Shown here one piece after another: positions 22,560 through 35,023 of a DNA stretch of 37,237 nt. The notes under the pieces are model-generated. The model saw only the letters and a program-made list of their open reading frames with translations. It was not told where the DNA came from and ran no database searches. Each line of letters opens with the position of its first letter. Positions within the stretch are counted from its first letter, which is position 1. The DNA is from Octopus bimaculoides (taxonomy: Eukaryota): positions 178,783,105 through 178,820,341 of the forward strand of contig NC_068981.1 of NCBI RefSeq assembly GCF_001194135.2, written 5' to 3'. The position numbers were made by a program, and so were the translations under genes.

Positions 22560-22790
22560 AAGATAAAGACTGGCTAGAAATGCCTCCGTATGGTCAATAC
22601 CTTAACTAGACTGAACAAAGCAGAAGTGTATAACGAAAACCTCAATACTGGGGCGAGAACCGTAAGCTTTAAAACCGAAGAAAAAGGATATTTTATTTTG
22701 ATATAAGGAATGAGTTTTCCAGCTAGAAATTACGAACAGTATATAATTAATAAGCATATAAAAACTGGAGATACGCAGAATTTCAAAAGA
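22560..22790 (+). mobile_element. R4/Dong LINE fragment (post-RT, pre-zinc-knuckle region)
   Basis: KDWLEMPPYGQYL..QYWARTVSFKTEEKGYF..ARNYEQYII resembles W..KPLHGQY..HQWL..GLK.ETEGFI..TRNY. Confidence 0.55.
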
Positions 22791-22794
22791 AACA

Positions 22795-23110
22795 ATAATA
22801 ATGTTAATGGGCCCAATCCAAGTGAAAACAGAATGCATAGATACAAACATACTTACAAACATGCATGCATGCATACATACATACATACATGCATACAGAA
22901 TAAAGAAAATTTGGACCTCAGAACTCTCTGCATTCAATAAAACAGTGGCCCACAATGTCTTTGCAGTGCCAGTACTCATACCAACATTTGGGCTGCTTAA
23001 TTGGACGCCTGATGAGATCCGAGCCATTGATGTGAAAACCCCCAAAATACTAACAAGCATACATAATTTCCACATAAACAGTGACGTAGAACGCCTCTAA
23101 TTAAACGAAA
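22795..23110 (+). mobile_element. R4/Dong LINE fragment (RT thumb), split by an (ATGC/ATAC) tract
   Basis: RIKKIWTSELSAFNKTVAHNVFAVPVLIPTFGLLNWTPDEIRAIDVKTPKILTSIHNFHINSDVERL. Confidence 0.85.
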
Positions 23111-24145
23111 ACATACATATATACACACACACACATACATACATACACACACACACATACATACATACATACATACATACATACATACATACAAAAATAT
23201 CCTGTTGTTGATATTGAAATTCCTATAAAAAAGCCTTGGATCTAGGTTAGAAACCGGTTCTTTCCCTATTGGCAAGAAATCTTGAAATAAACTNNNNNNN
23301 NNNNNNNNNNNNNNNNNNNNNNNNNNNNNNNNNNNNNNNNNNNNNNNNNNNNNNNNNNNNNNNNNNNNNNNNNNNNNNNNNNNNNNNNNNNNNNNNNNNN
23401 NNNNNNNNNNNNNNNNNNNNNNNNNNNNNNNNNNNNNNNNNNNNNNNNNNNNNNNNNNNNNNNNNNNNNNNNNNNNNNNNNNNNNNNNNNNNNNNNNNNN
23501 NNNNNNNNNNNNNNNNNNNNNNNNNNNNNNNNNNNNNNNNNNNNNNNNNNNNNNNNNNNNNNNNNNNNNNNNNNNNNNNNNNNNNNNNNNNNNNNNNNNN
23601 NNNNNNNNNNNNNNNNNNNNNNNNNNNNNNNNNNNNNNNNNNNNNNNNNNNNNNNNNNNNNNNNNNNNNNNNNNNNNNNNNNNNNNNNNNNNNNNNNNNN
23701 NNNNNNNNNNNNNNNNNNNNNNNNNNNNNNNNNNNNNNNNNNNNNNNNNNNNNNNNNNNNNNNNNNNNNNNNNNNNNNNNNNNNNNNNNNNNNNNNNNNN
23801 NNNNNNNNNNNNNNNNNNNNNNNNNNNNNNNNNNNNNNNNNNNNNNNNNATACACACACACGCAGACTACATGCATTGAAAATTGACTGGAATATAGGTT
23901 AGATGAAAGCGGACAGGAAACTCCTGACATGCAACAAAAGTTAATTCTGAGGAAAGTCCTAGAATTGAACTTGCTCACATTTTATTGAAGTAAATTTAGC
24001 TTCACTGACGCCAACGTGTCGTTTTAAAACAATTAATTTCGTATTATTAACTATTTAGTATCCACAGCTGTCTGTTATCAGAATTTTTGACGATTTTGTA
24101 AGACTTATCCCATGCATCTACACAAATTTTTTTTTGAGGATAATA

Positions 24146-24152
24146 CTCACAT

Positions 24153-24211
<59 letters not shown>

Positions 24212-24290
24212 CATAAAAGTGTGTGTGTGTGTGTATGTGTGTGTGTATGTATGTATGTGTGTGTATGAGTGTATGTTTGTGCGTGTGCGC
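24146..24290. repeat. (CA)n and (TG)n tracts in inverted arrangement
   Basis: Directly visible: (CA)n 24146-24209, then (TG/TATG)n from 24219. Confidence 0.9.
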
Positions 24291-24365
24291 CCTTGTATCG
24301 AAACAAAATGCATCTTTAATGGCAAATACTGACACATGTGTACCTATATATATCTACAGAGGCAC

Positions 24366-24429
<64 letters not shown>

Positions 24430-26519
24430 ACGCATATATACATGTATGAGTGCATGCATATATGTTCATGTCTGTGTATGCGGTAAAAATTCATTTGTGC
24501 ATTATATGTAAAGATACATATAAGCTTATACATATATATATATAAACATATACATATTTATATACATATATGTATATACATATATATATATGCATATTTA
24601 TATATATATATATATATAGATAGATATGCATGCATTTATACATACAAGCNNNNNNNNNNTATATATACATACGCAGATGCAGGTACGCACATGTGTGCAG
24701 TATGTGTAATTTTAGAATTAGCAAGTTTATCTGATTTCGTTATTTTCTGGGTTTTGAGTGAAAAACACAGAAATCAGATAACATATTAAAAACAAAAACA
24801 CAAACAAAAACCAGAACTACTACAAAAAAAAAAAACACACTATAAAACAAATAGATGCACAACAGCAGAGTCTATATATTTTTTTCTACCATTCTTCTAT
24901 TTGAGTGTTTAGTACATCCAATATTTTGACGTATTCTCTATTTAGCTATTAATTGTTAAGTTCTAAGATTTCATATTTCATCTCGTCTTCCTTATCAAAG
25001 CTCAACTTGGCCTCAAGGTGTGGCTGTCGTTTCAGCTGAATCAGTGCATCTCCATTGATTTGCTGATGCCGCTATTCACTGCAAAAATAATTGATGCAGT
25101 TCCCGTTTAAGTACAGCATTAGCTGCTGATGCATTGTTTGTCCTTATAGTAATGTGAGTTCATCATTAAATAAATAAAAAAACAGTGAAGCGCTATTGAA
25201 TAAAAATAAAACATAAATTAAGCTGTGGATTTATTGCAGTTTTTAACGCTATAGTTATCGAATGGTTCAGAATAAACAGCGGCAGGTTTGAGGAATGGTG
25301 TCTGTAAATTTCTATAACAAAAGAAAGCAAACCATAAAAAGCTGAATAAAACAAAATACAAAAAAAAAGTACACCTCCACAAATATTGTTGTGTTATTAT
25401 TTCTGTGAAATAAACTTTTTGTTTCATTAATCTTCTGGATTATTGGATGGGTAATTTTAACCACGCCCAATATTGTATACCCAATAATTCTATAGACATA
25501 AACTTTAAAAAGTTTTGGCTAGAATCACGCCACGCCCAAAATGATTCAGTTAAATGGTATTTAAGTTTTGTGAAATATTTTTTTATTGAGTCAGGCGAGT
25601 TTTTACTTGGATTTCAATACACTATACGTCCAATATTATTTTCTTAGGTACACGGTCAGCTCTTTTTTTTTTTAGGGAAAGATGTAGTTCATTGGATCAA
25701 CTCCAGGTCGATCCAATTATCTCTTCTTTTTTCTTATCGATCCTATTTGATCGAAAGCTAAAAGCACTTCCGAAAAAGTCTGAAAATTTTTCATATAAGT
25801 AGCCAAAAACAAAAAACAAAAAACAAAAAAAAACAACAAAACACTGGAAAGTAGAAAAGAAGTCTACCTGTTTACTGTTATCATAATCATGTCTTACAAA
25901 TTTGTATCCAGCGAAAGTTAACCTTTCCTTTCATTATTGCTGGGTCTTTAAAATAAGTACTGTCAAGTACTGAGGTCAATATAATCGGCTTTATAATCGA
26001 TTATTGCACTTCTACCGATATCAGAAATAATTACAGTAATCTGAGAAAAAAATCCGATAATTTTCCTTCTTCCATGACTGCCGTATAATCACTTTTAAGT
26101 TTATACAGACTTAACATAAGACTAAATTCTCATTTCATTCACATTCATACCTTTTTCATGTTTTGCTTACATCTGACCAACAAATAATACCTTTCTCACC
26201 TTTATCGTATTCTCTAATGGAAACCAGTGGCCCTGGTAGCGTTTAAGTATGAAACCACTTACTACTTATTTCATGGCGATATTATTCCATAGCGTTTAAG
26301 TCATATGCAGTTTCCAGTTCAAGGCGTACCACTTGTTACATAAGGCTTTCCAGTAACATCAGGTAGGCTTTTGAGTTAGTTTACACATCTTAGTTTCATT
26401 ATCCTGTTCAAATTGTGGCACGAATAAGCATTTTTGATTTCACTCTCGGGGGAAAAAGGTTAATGATTATGAGCGTTTACAAAATCTATAAGACTGATGA
26501 TAGGAAATGTTCCTAAAAT

Positions 26520-26950
26520 TGGATAACTGGACTGAATGCTTGTAGCAGAGTGGATACCGCTAGAGATACTACATGGGAAGGAAGTAATGTTAAATTGGGT
26601 GAGAAACTGAGTATATCGCCAGAATTACTGTTAAAGACAAGTTTGAAAAGTGAACTCAAATAACTTATTGCGAGCTTATAAAAATCTGGAGAATGGCCTA
26701 CGAGAGACATGGTGGTGTTAAGGTAAAAAAGAAGACAGCTTCTTTAATACAAATAGCTGTCTGCTCTTTTAGAAAACCCAAACACACCTCAAAATCGCAA
26801 GATGTCTTGATTAAGATGGTGCAGCACCTTTCAATAAGCCATATACAGTTTCGTATTCAAAAGATTATTTGCTTGAACAACAAGCATCCAATTCCAAATT
26901 TCCACCTTTGCCCACGGTTTCAATCTCTAAACGTGTAAAATACCTTATGC
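26520..26950 (+). mobile_element. Possible very old LINE RT remnant
   Basis: ISPELL..SGEWP..KKED.. and a QxGFR-like ATACAGTTTCGT occur in the expected order. Weak. Confidence 0.35.
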
Positions 26951-27136
26951 ACTCACACTCTCTCTGTATAAATAAATACATACATACATGCATATATATA
27001 TATATATGTATATATACATACATATNNNNNNNNNNNNNNNNNNNNNNNNNNNNNNNNNNNNNNNNNNNNNNNNNNNNNNNNNNNNNNNNNNNNNNNNNNN
27101 NNNNNNNNNNNNNNNNNNNNNNNNNNNNNNNNNNNN

Positions 27137-27177
<41 letters not shown>

Positions 27178-27292
27178 CATACATACATGCACATACATAC
27201 ACATATACATATATTCGCGTGTGTGTATGTAAATATAAATGTAGATATATATCTGTATCAATATATACTAAGGAAAAGACGGAGTATATACT

Positions 27293-27324
<32 letters not shown>

Positions 27325-28859
27325 TGTATGTATGTATGTGTGCATGCATGTATGCATGTATGCATGTATGTATGTATGTATGGATAGATGTATGTATGCA
27401 TGCATGTATGTATGCATGCATGTATGCATGTATGTACCCATGCATACACGCATGCTTGCCTGTATGTATGTATGTATGTAGGTGAACAATTGGCATAGTT
27501 GTTTGAGCGATGGTTATAAAGCGTTGTTTTAATTTTTACGGTTCTCTGCACTCTTTGACCAAATTCTGCCAAGTTTAACTTTTATAATTTCAGAATCCAT
27601 AAAGTACCATCTCAGTACTTATGGAAACTTCTCTCCCTCGAGACGTCATATTCTGGACGTTCCGGTAGATCAACTGTGGGTAACACGAGAGAGTTTTTGC
27701 TTGTGCACCAAAAAGAATTGGCCAAAACATTGTAAGCAACCAAATCTTCGCGAGTGACTCTCCTAGTAAATATACATACATATAAATAGGTGTGTGTGTG
27801 TTCGTGTGTACATGTGTGTATGTGTGTGTATGTGCATGTATGTGTGTATATATGTGTGTTTGTGTGAGCGTTTGTGTATGTATGTGTGTGTATATGTATA
27901 CTATTGATGAAGCCTTAAAAACTGTAGGAGCTAATTTCTGTCCTTCAGAAATTTAAAATCTTTCTGTTTGAAACTTTGCTTTATTTTCATCTTGAGTTTC
28001 ATTTCACCTTCTTTCAGTTTCTAAATTATAATAATTTTTTTTTATAGCCTTACTTCTATTTCTTTCCGGGCTTCTTTTTGTCATTGACTTCTTGTAGTGT
28101 TTTTTGTCGTTTTCCTTCAACCCGACGTCGATTAATTTTCCAGTAAATGAAATTTTCTTTGTTTAACATACAATTACTTTGTATATTCGAAAAGTCATCT
28201 CTATTTCTTACTCTTACACTCGCACCCACCCACTTTCATCTTTCGTCTTCACCGGTTTCATTGATTCATTTCATAGAATCAATTCTTTCCTTTTGCCCTT
28301 GCTTTCTGTAGAATCTTTGTTTTAAATTTCAACAAAGTATACCTCACCTCTTCACTTCCTTTCTCACCGTCTCCCACCTTCTCACACTCATTGATATCAT
28401 ACACAATTTTCAATATCTCACTTGCTGTTGATCATTCGGTCATATTCAATACTTCCGTAATTTTATCATATTGTCGCTCTAAATTTCTCTCTCTGCTTAC
28501 TGTGTAGCTCTAATATTTTCCTTCACCCACTCGTGCTAAGTCCCTCCTTTCCCACTTTCTCTGTTTACTACTTATATTTCAATGTCTGTTCTCATGACTG
28601 CCCGTTCACTTCTTAGATGACAGCTGGTTATTTCTGTCGCACGCTCTCACTTCACCCCACACGGTCAGTATCGGAAATATCAACTTATCTAATCCATATC
28701 TATTTATAATATTTTTCTTTTCCCTTACTCCACTCTTCTCATAACAGTTACTGTCTTATCCTTCTGTATTCCTGACTGAAGTAGGAAAACCAATGAATCG
28801 AAAGAACATGACACAAGTAAAAACCAAATAAACAAAAAGGGGCGATTGACTCGGCCTCA

Positions 28860-29309
28860 CACACACACACACACACACACACACTCGCTCTCTGTCTCTC
28901 TGTCTCTGTCTCTCTGTCTCTCTGTCTCTGTCACTCTGTCTCTCTGTCTCTGTCTCTCTCTCTGTGTGTGTCTCTCTCTCTGTCTCTCTCTCTGTGTCTC
29001 TCTGTGTGTGTCTCTCTGTGTGTGTCTCTGTCTCTCTCTGTCTCTCTCTCTGTGCCTCTCTCTCTGTGCCTCTCTCTCTGTCTTTCTGTCTCTCTCTCTC
29101 TCTCTCTCTGTCTGTCTGTCTCTCTCTGTGTCTCTCTCTGTGTCTCTCTCTGTGTCTCTCTCTGTCTCTCTCGCTGTCTCTCTCTCTGTCTCTCTCTCTC
29201 TCTCTGTCTCTCTCTCTCTGTCTCTCTCTCTCTCTGTCTCTCTCTCTCTCTCTCTGTCACTGTCTCTCTCTCTCTCTGTCTCTCTCTGTTTCTTTGTCTC
29301 ACACACACA
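28860..29309. repeat. Long complex (CA)/(TC)/(TCTG) microsatellite
   Basis: Directly visible. Confidence 0.95.
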
Positions 29310-29530
29310 CGAGGGTGTGTGTGCTGAAAAGTACCTGGTTTGGAGGGTATTGCGAAAGGCCTCGTTGGAGGCACAACCTTCCGAATTCTCTTACAGGGCT
29401 TAGAAAAGCTGAAGAACAGCTGCAATGAGTGTGTGAATATGAGAGGAGAATATGTTGAATAAAATCATAATTAACTGATCCTCTTGTATTTTCTTTCACC
29501 CAAATCCAGGAACTTTTCAGCACCTCCTCG
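29310..29530 (+). mobile_element. Mariner-derived MITE, second copy (opposite orientation to 6-218)
   Basis: CGAGGG..CTGAAAAGT and AGGAACTTTTCAGCACCTCCTCG-TA ends. Reads KASLEAQPSEF/LQGLEKLKNSCNECVNMRGEYVE*. Confidence 0.88.
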
Positions 29531-29589
29531 TATATATGCAAACTTGAATTTTTACATACACACATACGCACGGACACGCGCGCGCGCAC

Positions 29590-29718
<129 letters not shown>

Positions 29719-29770
29719 CACTTCAGTTATAAGGACATGTATATATGTTTGTGTGTGTATGCTATTAGAA

Positions 29771-30076
29771 GACCCCCACTCTTTCGTTCATGAATGACCG
29801 TGGGATTGCACCTAGAAAGTACCCCTCCAAGGCACAAGTCCGGACAAGCTTGTTTGTGGAAGACCAACAGTCGTCCATGCATACCATCCTCCTCTCTCCA
29901 CGCCACCAGTGTTATCCAAGGGAAAGGCAAATGACCAATACAGCTTGGTACCAGTGATGTCGCAACTTATTTCTACAGCTGAGTGAACTGGTGCAACACA
30001 CACAGCCCGGTCTGGCAATCGAACTCACTACCTCATGATTGTGAGCCTGACTCTCTAACTACCGAGTCATGCGCAT
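29771..30076 (-). mobile_element. tRNA-derived SINE, family C (tail type 2), internal deletion
   Basis: Minus strand: GCGCATGACTCGGTAGTTAG..CACAATCATGAGGTAGTGAGTTCGATTGCC..TGCACCAGTTCACTCAGCTGTAGAAAT. Same head and core as 22115, different tail. Confidence 0.85.
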
Positions 30077-30989
30077 TCACACACACACACATAAAAGCAC
30101 ATACACACACATAAAAACACATACACACACACACACACACACACACGCACGTGCACATATACACACAAACACACACGCATACACACTGACACTACCATAT
30201 TTAGTGTTATTGCTCCTACACTTGCTCAAAGCATCTTAAGAATGCCTATGCTCTCCGTCAAGATGCATACATCCACTTAGAAAAGCATGTCTTCCTTGCG
30301 TTTTCTATTTCACACAATCATATCCAAACTTACAAGCCAGTTGACTGTATTAGCTACAGATATATGTGCACAGCTCATCACTCTTATGCACTGAATACTA
30401 TACACAAACGTCTTCTTGATGCACCAATTTATTCAACCATATACTCTGAATATGTTCTAATGCACACAAGAACATCCATTAAGCAAACACAACTACATAC
30501 ATACAGATTACACGTAACTATCGCACACAGTCACATAACACTTCTCTATATCAACATAATCCCATCTAAACATGTATATACACGCATACGTATACCTACA
30601 CAGGCATACGCCCACATGCGCACACGCAAACACATGAACATAGAATGAAAATGAATCTAGTGATGTTTGAACTTAGGTTAACTATCATTTACATAGCTTT
30701 TAGGCAATTCTTTTCTCCAACGTTTGTGGTAGGCCTAAAAGGTTACTCTCTGTAAACAAGTCTATTTTGGTGAAAATATGCTGTTCCACCCAGACTTTTG
30801 TTTAGTCTCAGCCAAATTTATTCGAGATATAACATAGATAGATAAATAGATGGATATAGATATAAAAAAAAGCGTATATATACATATATATCTACATGGA
30901 TTACTAAAACGAATGCATTTTAGTTTTTAATCTGAAGTTTTATCATTATTTAATCAAATTTCGCATTGTTGCCATATTTATACTTTATC

Positions 30990-31450
30990 TTTCTACTTGT
31001 TTCAGACATAGGACTGCTGATGTGCTTGGGCACCGCCTTGAAGGCCTTTGTCGAACCCCAGTTGACTCCAGTCCTTTCTGTATTTAAGCTGGGTACTTAT
31101 TCTATAGGTCTCTTTTGCCGAACCGCTAACTTACAGGGACGTACCAACAAATACCAACAAAGCACAAAGATGCACACACACACAAACACTCGCGCGCGCA
31201 CGCACACAAATATGCATACATGCGCAAAGTTACACACACACACACACATATATACATATATATATACAGACAGACTCATACACACACACACAGACACACC
31301 CACAGCTGGATTCTTTCAGTTTCTGCCTATCAGTTTTACTCACAAGGTTCTGGTTGGCCGTGATTATATTAAACGTCACTTGCCCAAGGTACCGAGCAGT
31401 GAGGTTGAACCCAAGATCACATGGTTGGGAAGCAAGTTTCTAAATAAGCC
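30990..31450 (-). mobile_element. SINE family A, degenerate full length
   Basis: CTACTTGTTTCAG..GCCGAACCGCTAACTTACAGGGACGT..(CA)n..ACTCACAAGG..CACTTGCCCAAGGTACC..ACATGGTTGGGAAGCAAG. Confidence 0.88.
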
Positions 31451-31789
31451 TTTCACTTTTAGTGGCCTGACACATTAATGATTTAAAAAAGGAAAAAAGG
31501 ATGTCTTCGTAAGAGATGCAAAATTGAGTGACCTTCACTTGAATTTCGTAGAATTCTTGTAGTTAAAAAAAAAATTCAGAAAAAAAAGGAACATAAAGTT
31601 CCTCTAGATTTTATCAAAAAGTTTAACACTTATGGTATATTGTCTTTTTCAAAATGCATTTTAAAAAGTTCTAAATTTCAAGCAAAACAAATAAACACAA
31701 TAACAAAAAATTGAAAAGGAATCCTACGATGTCATTCAGAACTGAAAACGTTGTGTGGCAGGCATGATAAAAACAGATTTTAATTGAAT

Positions 31790-32050
31790 AGTGATATGGA
31801 ATATAGAGGAAGAAAATTCCACGAGAACAACGGCTTGAAGTATGAATTCAAATCCTTATGGAACCCTCCGCCTAACCAACACTTGGCCGATTTGGAAGAT
31901 GATTAGTATAAGTAAACACATTAGGTTAGAAAAACTTCCACTGAGATACAATCAGCATCAACGAAATTTGAAGGAAATCCTGCTGAGAATAAGGTTTGCA
32001 CCTGGAAGTTTGGTACCGGCCGACAAGGCTGGAAACCTATATAATATAAG
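31790..32050 (+). mobile_element. Penelope-like element (Naiad-type) pre-RT fragment, degraded
   Basis: KYEFKSLWNPPPNQHLADLEDD*Y, then after a frameshift RNLKEILLRIR..SLVPADKAGNLY. This corresponds to the YGFKS..PP..L..FE.DL and ..ADKT.N.Y motifs of PLE ORFs. Confidence 0.7.
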
Positions 32051-33139
32051 AATTAGACCTCTTAATGGCTTAATTAGACACAGACACACAGACAGACAGA
32101 TACACACACACACGCAAACACACACACAAATATATAATATATATATATGTGTTATGTGTATGTATATGTGAACGTTTCTATATGNNNNNNNNNNNNNNNN
32201 NNNNNNNNNNNNNNNNNNNNTATATATATAGGGAGATAGATAGGTAGATAGATAGATGGATGGTTGGTGCATGTGTGATGTGTATATTTTACTTTTTAAT
32301 GGCGTCTCTCATAACACTAAGTTACTCTTTGAGACACGCAAATGTGTCTTGGTAAATGTGTGTGATGCATTTAGGATGTGTGGGCAACAGGAACCCACGC
32401 CCTCTGATTTACTCGATGTCCGAATTATTGAATTAAGTTCTCAATGAATCAGTGATTAGTATGCTGTTATAACAACAGGTATACCTAACTCTTCATAAAA
32501 TTGATGCATCCAGAGAGGTCTTGTAATAAGCAACCATATAGCCATGATGTGTACAGCTTGTTGGTGGCACACTTTAACACAAAGAGCCAACCGCTTTTGC
32601 ACCCTGTAGCTCTTACATTCAGCAGCATTACAGGCTAACAGTCCTTTCGACAAATGCCAATGCTCACATAATGAATTATTTCTTTACATACGGTGTCATT
32701 AACAAAAAAAAAAAAACGATTATTCTCCATAGACAACATTCATTCATCAGTTTCCAGTTAGTCTTCAGTTGAAAGCACGCATTAGATGCATCGCTATATG
32801 ATATATGTATGCACAATCTGCAGGTACACGAAGCATGCACACTCACCTGCATGTCCACGTGCTCTACGAATATACATATTCATGCATGAAGTCTGGTGGA
32901 TACCGGATCGACAGTTCTCTTCACCCAGAGTTCATTTCCTCTATTGATTAGTAATCAATTTTGTATTATTTTTCTCTCAAATGTTGTATCGAATTTCTGC
33001 TTCCATCTTTGGATATGGCTTAGTCCCCTATCAAGCTTGATTCGCTGAGAGGGAATTGACTTTATTGAAAATATTAAATAACAATTGTTTTAATTCATGT
33101 AATAACGCGAGCTCAAAGAGGGGCCTGTACCTATTAATA

Positions 33140-33358
33140 TCTGTATCAAATTTTTGCACAAGGCCAGTAGTTTCGGTGGAGGGGATAAGTCGATTACGTC
33201 AACCCCCAATCCTCAATTCGTACTTATTTTATCGACCGTAAAAGGATGAACGGCAAAGTCCACCTCGACGGAATTTGAACTCAGAACGTAAAGACGGACG
33301 AAATGCCGCTAAAAATACTACCCGGGGTGCTAACAATTCTGCCAGCACGCGGCCTTCT
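33140..33358 (-). mobile_element. SINE family B, full length with 14-bp TSD
   Basis: Body matches 21783-21986. TGTACCTATTAATA at 33126-33139 and 33359-33372. Confidence 0.92.
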
Positions 33359-33571
33359 TGTACCTATTAATACCTATTAATATTGCTTTGAAATTTATTT
33401 CAATATGGTGGTCTGAAGGATAGCGTACCTTTGGCGCGGAGAAACTGGAAATAGTTAGTATTGTAGGTTCCTGCCTATCAAGTCGCATGCTATAATTCAT
33501 GGTATTAAGTACATTTTCTTTTGCTCATTACTACTAAAAATGTGTGTGTTTGTATGATCATGTGTCCTTCG

Positions 33572-33638
33572 CAAGTAGCTGGTGTGTCACAAATAGCTGG
33601 TATGTCACAAGTAGCTGGTGTGTCACAAATAGCTGGTA
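33572..33638. repeat. 18-bp minisatellite, ~3.7 units, alternating variants
   Basis: CAAGTAGCTGGTGTGTCA / CAAATAGCTGGTATGTCA / CAAGTAGCTGGTGTGTCA / CAAATAGCTGGTA. Confidence 0.95.
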
Positions 33639-34020
33639 GCATATTTGTGCACGCAAGTACTCACAAACGGCTGACACGCATTCGCCTCCATACTTGCATG
33701 CACTCTAGCAAACACGCACAAACGAGATGATGCTATCAGCTCTCATCCACACGCCAACTTACACACAAGCTCCCCACCCCCACGCATAGCTGATACACAC
33801 GCAGGAACATCCACATCTGCGTACTCATACATCTGGCATACACAAATACACCCTCACCAACCATATTTCTGCTGGCCTGCAAGACCTTTCAAAGAACGTT
33901 CAATGTCCTGCCAGACATCAAGTATCCACCAGCTTCCTGTACAGCCACGCGATTCTAAGAAATCCTCTTTCTTAGTGCATCTGTGGTCGCTGAAATGTCG
34001 ATCTCACTTCTAACGATACC

Positions 34021-34689
34021 TTTTCTACTCTCGCACAAGGCCCGAAATTTTGGAGGAGAAGGCCAGTTGATTAGATCGACCCTAGTACGCAACCGGTACT
34101 TAATTTATCGACACCGAAAGGATGAAAGGCAAAGTCGATCTCGGCGGAATTTGAACTCAAAACGTAAAGACAGACGAAATACCACTAAGCATTTCGCCCG
34201 GCGTACTAAAGTTTCTGCTAGCTCACCGCCTTGAATCTTTTTTCTAATCTAGGTACAAGGCCCGAAATTTTGGAGGAGAGGGCAGTCAATTAGATCGACC
34301 CCAGTGCGTAAATGGTATTTAATTTATCGACCCCGAAAGGATGAAAGACAAAGTTGACCTCGGCGGAATTTGAACTCAGAACGTAAAGGCAGACAAAATA
34401 CTGCTAAGCATTNNNNNNNNNNGCTAAGCATTTCGCCCGACGTGCTAACGTTTCTTATTTCTTTATTGCCTGCAAGGGGCTAAACATAGAGGGGACAACC
34501 AACGACAGACAAAGGGACTAAGTTGATTACATCAACCCCAGTGTTTCACTGGTACTTAATTTATCAACCCCGAAATGATGAAAAGCAAAGTCGACCTCGG
34601 CGGAATTTGAACTCAGAACGTAAAGGCAGACAAAATACTGCTAAGCATTTCGCCTGGCGTGCTAACGTTTCTGCCAGCTCGCCGCCTTT
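34021..34689 (-). mobile_element. Three SINE family B copies within one 14-bp TSD pair
   Basis: Copies at ~34030-34232, ~34240-34454 and ~34455-34688. CTTCTAACGATACC at 34007-34020 and 34690-34703. Confidence 0.92.
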
Positions 34690-34992
34690 CTTCTAACGAT
34701 ACCATGTGACCTATGTAACTCGCCTTGTCCATGACTATAGCAGCCCAGTTTCCGGCAGCCATCTAGGACTACCTGTATTCTTCCATTCAATTCTCTGAGT
34801 TTGAATGAGCGAGGTTTCTGTAAGAAGCCTAGGAAACTTTAAGTCGCAAAGAACCGAGCCAGACTATTTTAAACAATAATATATGTTACTCCTGGGAAGT
34901 GTGCTGAGTGCCCCTTTCTTTCGTTTGTTCAATCACTCGCGTGTGTATATACACGTACATGTATATATATGCGCATATAAACTCATGTATGC

Positions 34993-35023
<31 letters not shown>

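Noticed and set aside
23195-23293. Second hammerhead-like motif (AGCCT-TGGATCT-AGGTT, GAAACCGGTT)
   Set aside because: A stem II-like hairpin and GAAA with a palindrome are present, but there is no CUGANGA-like core (reads CCTATAA) and stem I does not close. It might be a decayed PLE terminus; truncated by a gap.
27950-28790. Pyrimidine-rich block as a LINE or PLE 3' region
   Set aside because: Strand asymmetry and a faint VEGKR motif suggest an ancient RTE, but it is too decayed to call. The CTGACTGAAG..CGAAAG near 28773 does not fold as a hammerhead.
28846-29428. Long ORFs (SLSLSV.., ERERET.., also YIYIYI, CVCVCV, HTHTHT and MYVC ORFs elsewhere)
   Set aside because: Translations of dinucleotide and tetranucleotide microsatellites, which lack stop codons in several frames.
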